DNA of 64,000 nt from NCBI GenBank assembly GCA_024137785.1, contig JAHRHZ010000099.1:2092494-2156493 (forward strand), read 5' to 3'. Numbering within the stretch: the stretch's first letter is position 1; each line of letters opens with the position of its first letter. The notes under the pieces are model-generated. The model made no database searches. It was not told where the DNA came from and saw only the letters and a program-made list of their open reading frames with translations. The translations under genes and the position numbers were made by a program. Below, piece after piece: positions 39,661 through 52,224 of the stretch. Source of the stretch: Ginglymostoma cirratum. Its lineage: Eukaryota.

Positions 39661-39939
39661 ACAGTACTATCAGTATACCACGAATAAACATTCTACTTGT
39701 TATAAACATGATGTATACTTGCATGTAGATGAATTACGCTTTCAAACATCATAAAACACCTACAAGCGAATCAATTACAGATGGATTGTATAATCTTTTA
39801 ATTTTTTGTTCACGTAACAGTTTTGACAGGGCGCAGCAAAATCCCAAACAATGGATATTTGAGTGGCGATCCCAGAACTGATTCTCTTTCAGTATCACGA
39901 TTAAATTAGAGTTGGGAACAAGGATTAAAGTTAGCATTA

Positions 39940-40915
39940 AGAAAACGTAGAAATTCAAAAGGATATTTCCACCAATCCATCGCCAGCCACATCGGTGACT
40001 ACATTGGGCTTGATAACGGGTCAGTCACAAGGTTAGTCGGAGGAGGCGGTCGAGGGCAAGTGATGGTGAATATTGATCGGGAAGGGAGAGAGGTAGAGCC
40101 CTTATCCTTTATCCTGCTATCCCTTATCCTGCTATCTCTTGTACGGAAAATACTTGAAAGCATTATAAAAGAGGTGATAACTGAACGCTTAGAAATAATG
40201 CTCAGATTGAACCTGTGGGGCAATCTTATTTGGCAAACCTGTTAGCATTGTTGAAGTTGCTGAAGGTAGATAAGGGGTAGCCAGTGAATTTAGATTTATT
40301 TTAAAAATTGATTATCAGAGGACATTTCTGAAGGTCTCTTGCAGGAAGCTGGGAAACAAAATTAGAGCCACCTGAATGGGGGGAGGGAAAGTACGGGCAT
40401 GGATTGAAGATTCGTTAATGAAAAGAAAACGTAGGAACATTTGAGAGTTTAAAAGGATATGTGCAGCAATCCATCGACAGCCGCATCGGTGACTACATTG
40501 AGCTTGATAGCGAGCCAGTCACGAGGTTAGTCGTGGAAGGTGGTAGAGGGCTATTGATGATGAATATTGATAGTGAAAGGAGAGAGGCAGAGTTGCATAT
40601 CCATTAGCCTGCTGTCAGTTGTACGGAAAATTTAAATCCCATTATGAAAGAGGTCATAACTGAACGCTTAGAAATAATGCTCAGATTGAACCTGTTAGGG
40701 CAATCTTATTTGGCAAACCTGTTTGCATTGTCGAACATGCTGCAAGTAGAGTAGATCAGGGATAGCCAGTGAATTTCGATTTTTGAAAAAAATGATTGTC
40801 AGAAGACTTTTCTGGAGGTCTCTTGCAGGAGGCTGGTAAATGAAATTAGAGCCATCTGAATGGAGGGCAATGTGCTGACATGGGACTGAAGATTCGTTAA
40901 TGAAAAGAAATCAGA
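39940..40915 (+). repeat. Diverged ~490-bp tandem duplication containing a CR1 fragment
   Basis: aaaaggatat...atcggtgactacattg...gtacggaaaa...gcaatcttatttggcaaacctg...gaagattcgttaatgaaaagaaa occurs twice (units start ~39957 and ~40451). Confidence 0.85.
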
Positions 40916-41384
40916 GAGTGGGAATAAATAAATCATTCTTAGGTTGGCAGTGGGGTTCCACAAGGATCAGTGCTTGGACCCAATTTGCAAACTATATCAA
41001 TGATTTAGATGGGGTGGAGGGCATTGGGAGATTCGGGGATTTAAGAATGATACAAAATTAAGTTGGAACTTGTCTTGTGATAATGATGCAAAGAGGCATC
41101 AAGGACATGTGTATAGGTTGAGTGCATGGGCAAGATCATGGCAGATCGATCGAAATGTATATACGTCCATGGTTATCCATGGAGGTAGAACGAATTGATT
41201 TGCAGAATATTTAAATTGTGAGATATTGAGAAGGCAAATATTATTTTGGCATTCAGTACAAGGGGATTTGAGCACAGACGTAAAGACGCCCTATTTTGAC
41301 AGTATAAAACATGGCGAGTCTGCTTCTGAAAATTGTGTGCAGCTTTATTTTCCTTATCTAAGGAGTATCTGCCTCATATCACAG

Positions 41385-42770
41385 AATCATAGAATTGTTC
41401 AGGAGCAGAGGAGGCTATTTCGTTCAGACTGCCTGCACCAGCTCTTAAATGCACACCATTACTTAGTACCGAAATTCCGTCTTTCCTCTGTACCCTAGCA
41501 CACTATTTCTATCCACATAACGATCCACTGCCCTCTTGAATGCCTCAATTGAACCTGTCTCCACTATACGTCCAGGCAGCGCATTCCATGCTGTAATTAT
41601 TCACTGAGTGAAAAACCTTTATCTCACTTCACTGTTGTTCTTTTTGCAAATGTCTTTAAATCTGGCCATCTTGTTCCCTCGAGAAGTGGGAACAATTTTG
41701 CCCCATTTATTCTATTCCAGATCACTCATGATTTTGAAAAGTTCTATCAGATCTCCTTTTAGCTTTCTTCTCTCCAAGAAGAAAAGTCCCAACTTCTTCA
41801 ATCTACCCTCAAAATTGAAGTTTCTTATTCCTGGAACCATTCATGTAAATTACTTCTGCACTCCCTCTAATGCATTCACGTCTTTTCTATAATATGGACC
41901 CAGAACTGCACACAATATTCCAGCTGAGATCTAACAAGCGTCTTGTATTGAGTATGCTTTATTAATTACCTTGAAAACTTGTCCTGATTCCGCTCTGATA
42001 AAGCTGGGAAACTGCATGTAACTTACTGTTTTCTCTACTTGTACTGTTTTCAATTATGTGTGCATATGTATACCCAGGTCCCTCTTTTCCTTTCGCCACC
42101 CCTTTGTGATTGTGCCTTCTATTTTGTATTGTCTTTCAATGTTCTTCCTACCAAAATACATCACTTCACTCTTCTCTGCATTGAAATTCACCTACCACCT
42201 ATTCACCCTTTGCACCAACTTGGCTATGTCTTTCTAGAGTTCTACATGGTTCGCTTTGCAGTTTACATTACAATGATCTTTGCAGATCATTGATATATGT
42301 CAGAAAAAGCAAAGGTTGCAAAGCCATCCCTGGGGAACTCCACTACAAACTTTACTCCAGCCCACAAATATCCATTGACCATTATTTGCAGTTTCCTATC
42401 AGAGGTCAATTTTGTATCCATGTTATTATTAACCCTTTTATTCCATGACCAACAACTTTCCTCACATGTCTGCCCATGTGTATACACATCAGCGGATAGT
42501 CTTCATTGAGCATTTGTGTTATCTCTTCAAAAGTAAATGCCAGTAGGTTAAAGAAACAAGTTTCTCCTTCAGCAATTCAGTCTGACTCTACTTAATTAAA
42601 CCACTCTTTTCCATGTAATTATTAATTCTATCCTAAGCAATTGTATCTAGAAGCTTTCCCAGCACTGAAGTTAAATTGACTGGTCTGTAATTGCTGGCCT
42701 TATCCTGACAACTTTTCGTGAACAAGGCTCTAATGTTTGTAATTTTCGAGCCCTCTGGCACCTCCCAGGA
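41385..42770 (-). mobile_element. Degenerate CR1 fragment
   Basis: Reverse complement resembles the CR1 RT and 3' end; similar smaller pieces at ~9070-9390, 10245-10600, 13745-14300, 17870-18880, 28985-29430, 62070-62530. Confidence 0.7.
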
Positions 42771-43373
42771 AGTAACCTGAAGAAGTTATTTGAGCAAAAA
42801 AATCGTCTACTCCAGAAGCTACACCGCGTTTGGGTCGGTTGTATTCAGTAGGTGGACGTTGTCTTCAATCCGTGTATCCAAATGGGTTTGAAGTGCCGAG
42901 ACAGCGTATCCATTCAATTATTCTCCGAAATAAATTCCGAGATATGGTTCGGGTCGGACAAAAGCTATCCAGGCGTACTTTTTAGAGGGGGAAAAACTTC
43001 GCAAGATTACTGCACCTGGTGACATTTAAACGCCATAGTCGCGTGGGTAATCTATCTCTTTCCACTGGATGTCACAGAAGAGTAAAATATGACTAGATGG
43101 TTGCTGTTATTTAGTTCTGGAATAATGTGGGGGGAGGGGTGGTGTGGTGTAATAAAATTACAACAGTCGAGATAAGGGAATAATTCCTTTGTCAACTTGA
43201 AGTATTACTCTGACATGTTGATCATTTCAGAGTGAGCACATTGCCTCCTACAGAGAGAAATGGAGGGAGAATAAACTTCAAACTATTGTGATTTGAAATA
43301 TTCCGCTTAACAGCTAATTATGGACGTTATATTTGTCTAAACGAATGATATAGCAACAGCATTCGCTGTTGCA

Positions 43374-43669
43374 CCAGATAGAAGTGGACCTTGCAATGCT
43401 TATTTTCAGTGAATCTTGCGTTTAATCCCACAGGAGTAAAGCTCATGTAAGTTCCACTCTGCGGCTGACAGGGTCAGGTAGTTGCTCACACTGAAAGTGT
43501 TGTCCAGCTCCTGCTGGATCGGATTGGTCTCAACCATATCCCTTCTGACACTGCCATCTACTGTCCACTCAATCACCACAGAGCCGACAGGTTAAAACCG
43601 CTCACCAAACACACCACGCCCTGTTCCCTGCTTTGATCTGACAAAGGCAGAACGACAAAGAAAATGGAT
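43374..43669 (-). pseudogene. Orphan Ig lambda constant pseudo-exon
   Basis: Clear similarity to 24200-24540 (VCLVSGFN..IEWTVDGSVRRDMVET..IQQELDNTFSVSNYLTLSAAEWNLHELYSC); acceptor tttcAG kept; indels near both ends; terminal Cys codon is TCT; no V/J found upstream. Confidence 0.88.
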
Positions 43670-46600
43670 CTGAAATCAGAAGAAAAAATGATGATCAGTT
43701 CTGAATTGACAAAGGAGACGGAATACATTATCTAGTTTCCTAAAAGCTTCGAGAAGTGTAGTATTTTAGGACAGCCGAACTTCATGGATGTCGAAACAAA
43801 CATTAAAAATGCTGGAGAAACTCAATAGATGTGGCAGCTTCTGGGAAGACAGATATCAAGTATGCGACGACTGGGGACTATTCGAGGAAAAAACAAATAT
43901 CCCCAAACTATTATTTCGGTTCCTGCATGAATCGAAACAGATTTTAAAACATATTTCAATCCAAAAGAAATGATGGAACTTGAAAATGATGACATGAAAA
44001 TAATACGGGGTACAGCATACATTCACTCATTCTGTTACGAAGATTCTGTGGCAAATAATATCTCGGGACCTCAGAACTTAAGAGGGATCTAAAAATGATA
44101 CATCCGCAGTTGGGAGATACTTTGGAGCAAATCTTGCAGTACATATTCTGCAATATTTAACTCTAAACACCCGATTCTAGTCAATTTCATCGATTTATGT
44201 TCCAGCTTTGCATATAATTGGCGGAGGTACTAAAGGTTGGACTAATTACATTTGGATTTCTAACCCTAACCCGATCGCATTCACTGTCACCGCCTCTCTA
44301 GTTGGTTCTTCGTTGGCAGATTTGCTTCTCTGGGCGCTAACGTCCATATTCCACGAAGTAAAACAAAAACTGTTTGTCACGTTCGAGAGATGTTTTTGAG
44401 AGATATCTTTGGGGTTAGTGTCACAAAAGCTGCGTTCTCGCTGAAGAAAAAACAGTTTTCCACAATGTTTATAAATATTTGTGTCCAAATTATACACTGT
44501 CTCAACAACATGTTAGCACGTAATATTAAAACAGAGTGTTCTCATCAATCTTTATGCCTCGAACAACATTGCTAAATCTGTAAGAAATTAGAGTGTTCGG
44601 AGATATGATCTCGTTTGTAACATTACAACAGTTGCTGTGGTTCAGATGCACTTAATCACCTGTGGATCAGGTTGAGCAGATTTAAAGTCATTCTGGACGC
44701 TATATTTGCTCTTCCTTCATTTTTAGGAAATGAATATTTCTATAATATTATCAATACACGTGAAAGTGTAAAAATAGCGAAAGCAGACCGCTACACTCAT
44801 TCGTCTCTGTAATTGATCTTTCGCCCCGACCATGTGTTAGGACGAGCAGGGAAACCCGTTTTAAAATGGCATATGGAACGTCTCCTCATTTTAATTTCAT
44901 GCAATCCAGAAAGAAAGAGGCTACACTGCTAATAAGCTGCCATCTGCATCACCTATATTGAGGCCTGCTGCCGGTTATTTGACAATCTATTCATAGCTGG
45001 AACCCTTCGTTTAAATATACACATTCTTCGTGCTTTCTTTGCATGATAAATTGGAAGTTAAAGCACGAGACGATTGTCCCAAAGTTCTATTTCAAAGTTA
45101 ACATGATCTCGCATCACTGGGACTCTTGCTAAAAATTCTGACGCTGAAGTATTAGGACTATTGATCGGGTTCTGCAATGAGTTTACATACTGGTAATAAA
45201 CACAAGCGTTTTGCAGTGAATCCTTTTTACACAGGCATTTTACATAATGAAGTTTACCTTAAAAATAACTGATCATTTTACAGAACATTTAGTGAACATT
45301 TTTCTGAAGAAGGGGCATTGAACCCGACATGTTAACGCTGATTTGTCTCCAGAGATGCTACCAGACCTGCTGAGTTTCGGCAGCAGGTTCTGTTTAAGTA
45401 CAAAGGTGCCGACTGGATTTGAGAATTTTAAGAGGAAGTTTTGAACGGACCAGTGTTGTCCTCTTAGAACAGATGAAGCTAAGGGGAAATCTAATTGGAT
45501 GGCATACTCTCACGAAGATTCTATGCGGAGAGCAGATACGAAACAAATTGTTGATAGATCGATTAGGAGGAGACATGGATTTGGCGTAAGAAACTTAAGG
45601 AAATCATCCCAAACTGTGGGCGCTGTGGATCTGGAAATCACTGTCTGAAACGGTAAAGGAAGAACCACAAATGTTATTTAAACAAAATGCTTGAAATACT
45701 CAACCATAAAGGCCACTGTCTAAAGTTACATGGTAACTTATCAAATGGTAAACATAGGGTGGGCTTAATGGCCTCCTTCAACGCTGGTAATTTCTATGAT
45801 TCTACAATTCTTTAAATTTATATCACTCGCTCACTCCAACGCTGGTGCACGTTGGCAACAGTCTTCAAGATGCACTGAAACAATTCACCAAATCTTTTTC
45901 CATAGTACCTCCCAATGGGACCATCTCTACCATCAATGGATACATATGAAAACACCACCACTACCAAATTCCCCTTCAAACTACCTCCTATACGGAGCTA
46001 GAACGTGTCGCAGTTTGTTGGCTGTCGCTCCCCCAAATAACTTGAACGCAGTCCTCAACAGCTTCGCGGGTTCACCTACAGCACGTGGACTGCAGCGATT
46101 CAGGAACGATGTTCTTCAAAATCTTTTCAAGCGCAGTTTGGTGGGTTTGAATTAATGCTGGCAGTGTTAGAAACAACCACATCCCAAATAAATGGAAAAA
46201 AAGGTTAAATACACAAAGTTTCTGTATCTTTCCCCTTCTCACTGTAGTTTGCACCCACAGAGCCACCAGTGAGTTCAAAATAAGATGAAATATCTGAAAA
46301 GCTGTTTAGCGACGTTCCCACAAAATTGGTTGATCGGTGGATCGGGCTGGCCACTAGGACTTAGGAAAAATAAAATTCAGCGAGATATCTGTTATTCAAA
46401 AAATCGATCAGTGTCGATCATTTCTATCCCAATTATGTCTCCCATATGTTTATCACAGTCAGCAGATTAATGGGAAATAAAGGATTGATAATCTTGTTTC
46501 GACGGTTTTTAAAGGGGTTTAGAGACGGCGGCAGTGAGGTATGGCAAATCTCTTCACTTTATTCCTCTTAAATGGACGATTAAATCGCGCGACGGTTTCA

Positions 46601-47764
46601 CGAGAAATAATTGTGACCAATGATTGATGTCCTCCCTGCGCCTTCAGTTGATGTGCAGAGAACCTATTGCCTGTCCTATTCCAGTGAATGAGATTATAGT
46701 GGAGAATGGTCACATGCACATTTGGAAGGCCTACCCTGTCATCAGGATACATTGCGAATGCAATAAACAGATTGAGAAAAGCCCTATAGGCCTAACGCGT
46801 TTGTTCTGACTCAGTTTACCTGTCCATTTTTAGCTCAATGATTCAACATCTCAAAACGTGTGCAGGCATGTCATGCTTTCCAACTGCAAGTGAATGACCA
46901 CTGTTTTGACACCAGCTACGCTTGCGGAGGGTATTGAAAGGTAGAGTAGGCCAGACGGGCCGACCAGTCTAATCCTGTTCCTAATTCGTACAATTACACA
47001 CCAGACAGATGTGACACTATCACTTTGAACGCTGGATCCTCCTCTGAAATTCCATGCAGTGTAAAATTTCGGATTTGGTAGGTGGTTTGGAGATGTGTGA
47101 GTTGGCGGTTGATCATTCTTTAGAAATTATAAGATCGTTTATTTAGCTTTATTGAGAGGCAACAGCTGGATCCATTGTATTCAGTAAATAGACAAGGTGA
47201 GCATATAACCCATGAAAATTGAAGGTGGTTCATTAATCCCAAAGGACAAACGGGTCTTTGCCACAGATCAAGTTGATCTCAACAACTCCTAACGACAGCT
47301 TCCTGCATTTTAGCCGAAGCGTTGAGAAACTAATTCCCCAGTTTTTTTCTCCACCTTTCCTGGTGCATTCGCCATCTGAAGAATCAGCTGACGGACCAGA
47401 AGATGTTTATACACTTTACTTCTAGGGACAATTATTTTACTCTCTGCCCGCCGATTGTTTGAACGGATCAAACCATTAATGCAGGACAGGCACCAACGAT
47501 GTCGGGTGGTCAACTGTTCACCCATCCACCTCCCAATCGGGATCGGCTCTTTAGTTCATGTAGTGATCGTGGCCATTTCCTGTCCCTTACTAAATGCATG
47601 CATAGATAAGGATTACACAGGGTACCATCCTACCAACGAAGGAATGTCCACTGAACGGAGATATCCTGACTTTTGCAGGGATTATTTATACCTATTTCCA
47701 GAAAGGGAAACAAAACAGTTTCTCTTTTGTAGTAATCTTACGCCTTGGCTATTAATTCACTTAC

Positions 47765-48880
47765 CGCCTCACTTCCGGTTTTCCTTCGTAGTAGAATGTA
47801 TATGGGGTCGAGTTCAATATGCTTATTAATAGTGAGATGTCACTGGGATAACATCCCATTGATTAATGTTCTTTATCTGCTTACACACAGGTATGCAGGC
47901 ACTGCCTTAAAACTTCCTGCCCAACTAGAATTAGGTGTAAAACTTTGTAAATTCTTATCTTCCTGCACAGAGGTAGAAAGACACAGTCTTAAGCTTCCTG
48001 CCTGAATAGAATTAGGTATAAACTTCGTAAATCTTTATCTTTCTGCGCAGGGGTATGTGGAAACTGTCTCAAATAAGATTAGGTGGGCAGCGTTTGTAAA
48101 GGTGTGAGACTTCTGAAATCCTGTAAAGTATGTAACTTCTGTTCCTGCTAAAAGGGCCAGGGCACTGACTTTTGTTCAAGCCAGACACTTCGGCGGCTTG
48201 AAATTACATTCTGTCACTTGGGCAACTTGAAATCGCCTCTTGTCGTAAGCAGTCACTTCGCGAACGATCAATGCTGTATCCTGCTCTCTGTATGTTTTCG
48301 ATGTAGTAATTGTTTTTGTATCATGTCATTGTCCGATGTAGTGATTGTTCCATGTAACTTGCCATTGTGAGATGTAAAATTGCTTTATGTATTATGCACT
48401 CGATAAGGTGTAAAAAGCGGGGACTGTCCACTGCTCAGGGAGAATCGCTTACGAGACTCTGCACTCTGTGCTGGGTTGAGTACAGTGATCCTCCACGGCT
48501 TGTACTTGTTTTGTAATAAAGGATTTGTGTTTTTCCAAACAGCTCATTGTCTTGTTATTGCATCAAGTCCGTGAGGGTCTCCGAAAACGAACCCAACAAT
48601 AGCATGCTTCGTGGAGTGCCATTATTCCAGGAATTCTCGCGCCTGTCACTCCACGAAGCAGACTATTAATAAACACGTTGAACTCGACTCCATATACGTT
48701 CCACTACGAAGGAAAACCGGAAGTGAGACAATCCATCTCAACGGACCCCAGAGTTTAAAAACCAGGCGGGAAAACACACCGACGCTTCATCGGAGGCTGC
48801 ACTGAGGATGTTACCCACCGTGGTAATGAAATGTCTGCGAAACGACAAACCAGCTCGGCGAGCCAACCAACCTCAACAGT
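47765..48880. mobile_element. Penelope-like 3' fragments in inverted arrangement, left copy interrupted by a solo LTR
   Basis: Minus copy reads QAREFLE*WHSTKHAINKHIELDPIY once the LTR is removed; plus copy (48647-48880) reads HSTKQTINKHVELDSIY, followed by a terminal repeat with a hammerhead-like motif. Confidence 0.72.
47833..48598 (+). mobile_element. Solo LTR (ERV/Gypsy-type)
   Basis: TG...CA ends; 4-bp TSD ATAG (47829-32 / 48599-602); ~80-bp tandem repeats in U3; TATA-like element at ~48410; AATAAA at ~48515. Confidence 0.88.
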
Positions 48881-49127
48881 ATTTTCATTACCTTGATCTT
48901 AAAATTAAAATCTGTTTATCCTCTTAAAATTCAGGTAAACTTGCCTTTGACATTTTTAAATGCAAACCACTATCAAATTATTTGTCAATTCCAAATCGAA
49001 AAACAGTGATGCCAAGGTTTGAAGATTATCAATGAGATCTTTACTCATACACAGAATGTCTTGTCATGTTTAGACTTAAATTTCTTAAAGCCAGTACGCA
49101 AACACTTTATCTTGCAAAGCCACATCA

Positions 49128-49375
49128 GGGCAGCATGGTGACTCAGGGGTTCAATGCCAGCCTTGGTCCACTGCCTCTGTGGAGTTTGTACATTCTCCCC
49201 GCGTCTGTGTGGGCTTCTGCCAGGTAGGCTAGTTTCCACCCACAGTCCAAAGATGTACAGTGTAGGTGGATTAGCCATGGGAAATACAGGGTAGGGGGAT
49301 GAGTCTAAGTGGGATGCTCTTCAAGAGAGTCAGTATGGACTTGTTGGACTGAATGGTTTGTTTCCACACTCTATG
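49128..49375 (+). mobile_element. HE1-like V-SINE, internally deleted
   Basis: gggcagcatggtg...cccacagtccaaagatgt...ctctatga. Confidence 0.75.
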
Positions 49376-51649
49376 AAAAAATTGCTTTAACAAAAGTGAC
49401 TGAATAGTTGATGCTAAGTCTCTGAAAGGCTAAAGATTGAACAAAATATATTCGCTTTATGCTTGGAAGGCAAATAACTTCATTTACCTCCTTCAAAACA
49501 ACTTTATTTTCTTTGATTTGGTAGTCCTACTTTAAAGTCTAATACAAGTATATCGGGGGAAAATGATTCTGCCAAATGACTGTAAGTCCTTAGGTTTAAC
49601 ATTATATTTTGGGGAACAAATTATGATCCTGGCTGGCTGAGCCATTTTTCCAGCAGCTAACTGTGCAGTATTTTAGATTCATGTTAAATATTTCCTCACA
49701 ACATTTTAAAAATCTGTGATGTTTGTGAATTAGACTGTGCTTTTCCATATGTAAGGCATGCTCTCAACTGGCTAAAGGTTTCATAGGGTTGAGGTCGGAT
49801 CATGGATGTAGTTGGTGATGGAGTCTCAGAATGAACTAACATGAATTGTTAATTTGGTTTGGTTTGGTTTGTTTTATTATTGTCACATGTACTGAGATAC
49901 AGTGAAAAGTATTGTTTTGCACACCAACGAGGCAGATCATTTCATACACAAGAACATCAGGGTAATAGAAAAGAATGCAGAATATTTTGTTACAGATTCA
50001 GAGAAGGTACAGAGAGAGGTCAACTTTAATATTTGAAAGGCCCGTTCAAAAACTATTCTCCTTTTCCTGCTGGGTCTTATAATAACAGTCTTGGAATCTC
50101 TCTGTGAATATACTCGGTTTTAGATAGATACCTTTTTGATGTTAGCTAGGACCAAATGAAAACTAATGGTCTTTTTCCGAGGGCTAACCAAGGAGAAGGG
50201 GGTCTTTGTGAGATTTTCTCTGACCACAGTTAGCGATTGTTCGACATTCATCTGCCCTATGCCATTGCCTGACTTCTGGATCGACCTCGTGTGATTACAC
50301 ACAATGTCTTTGCTTAACAAATCGCAAAGTTGGAGCAAATATAATATCCCAAGAAAGCTGATGGTCTCTTGCCCTCATTTTAGAGACAGCAACAACAACT
50401 GCATATGATTGACTGGTCACCCATTATCTAAATACGAGGAGCTGCCTGCTCCGGGTGTGGGTGGGGTGGGGGGGAGGTGCGGTGTGAGGGGGGACGCTTT
50501 GATGTAGTCTCAACGGCCACCTTTTTACAGACCATACCTAAATATTACAAGTTAGTGATTAAAGATGGTTTAGGAAGCATTGTGCAACTAATTATATATA
50601 ATTTGGCGAAAACGTACTGTTTAAGAGCTCATTGTTTGAGATATCTTGAGCGCAAACTATTTTTCATGAAAGACTTCTGTCTTACGTGCTCCAGGTATCT
50701 GTGCTGCACCATTGCTAGCTACTGGTTCCATAGCATACGATACTTAGAAATGATATTGTAACATTGAAACTGCCAAGTTATTGCATTAAAATTACCTAGA
50801 AATTGTCCTTGAGGTACGTAAATAGATTTATTATTTACGATAAGAATGCATTGAAGATTGCAGTCTCTCTGATGGTATCCAAGCTTATACCTGGCCACTG
50901 GATTTTCTGCATAAATGAATATTACTTGCATCTGTTGTTTTTAATGTTATCACTAATTAATAAACATGCCAGGTAAACAACTGTTTTGTTGCTTCTCCGA
51001 TCTGTTTATTACATAATGGAGAGTGTACAACGGGCCTACGATGCAATATGGATACCGTCAGGATGGTGCATTGAGAAAACTATGAGTATCTGCGACGACA
51101 TCATTCTTTGTTCACTTTTCCATAAAAATTGGGAGAGATTAATTTGATTTTTTGATGATAAAACAAACATTAAAATTTAATCGGCAGGCAATTTCAACAG
51201 AATGTACAAACGGCCAATTTGTCTCCGTTGCCTGTTTAGGTGATGTACTTGCATGCCTGGTGTTCATATGAGGGAGCTGGGCTGTTGTGGTGCAGTGGGA
51301 GTGTACCTGAGTCTGAGCCAGAAGACCCAGGATCGATTTCCACTGTCTTGGCTTAGATGTCATAACGTGTCATACAGGTTGGCTGAAATAGCTACATGAA
51401 AGATTTCTTCTGAGTCTTCACAAGATTTACTGCTGAGAATGTCAAATCAGTTTCTGGTTGGTAATTGTACGCACATTTTCTGCTTAGATCACTGTACATT
51501 TTGGATTTTTTTTTGCACAAACCCTATGTAAAATTTGTTCAAATCAATGAGTTTAAGCAACATTTTGATAATCCGTGAAGCATGTTGGGACAGGGACAAT
51601 GTGAATGATTAAGTTACATCTTAAAGGAGAGAAAGGTTTATGAAGGACA

Positions 51650-52224
51650 TGTTAGGTTCGTTTTCGGAGACCCTCACGGACTTGATGCAATAACAAGACA
51701 CTGACCTGTTTAGAAAAACATAAATCTTTTATTACAAAGCAAGTACAAGCTGTGGAGGATCACTGTACTCAACCCGGCACAGAGTGCAGAGTCTCATAAG
51801 TGATTCTCCCCGAGCAGCGGACAGTCCCCGCTTTTTATACCTTGTCGAGTGCAGAGTACATAAAGCAATTTTACATCTCACAATGGCATGTTACATGAAA
51901 CAATCACTACATCGGAGAATGACATGATAACGCAAACAATTACTACATCGAAAACATAAAGAAAGCAGGATACAGTGTCAATCGTTCTCAAAGTGACTGC
52001 TAACGGCAGGAGGCGATTTCAAGTTGCCGAAGTGACAGAATGTAATTTCAAGCTGACCAAGTGTCTGGCTTGTCAAAGGTCAGTGTCCTGGCCCCTTTAG
52101 CAGAAACAGAAGTTACATTCTTTACAGGATTTCAGAAGTCTCACACCTTTACAAACCGTTGCCACCTAATCTTATTTGAGACAGCTTCCACATACCTCTG
52201 TGCAAGAAAATAAAGATTTACAAA
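51650..52224 (-). mobile_element. Second, U3-truncated copy of the same LTR family
   Basis: Reverse complement aligns to ~48025-48598 with scattered substitutions; cut at 52225 by a small hammerhead-type element. Confidence 0.85.

Noticed and set aside
44215-44245. J-like motif IGGGTKGW on +
   Set aside because: No Phe, no upstream RSS, no donor, and opposite strand to the nearby orphan C.
47140-47720. Exon-like minus-strand segment with a good acceptor
   Set aside because: Stops in all frames and no recognisable protein similarity.
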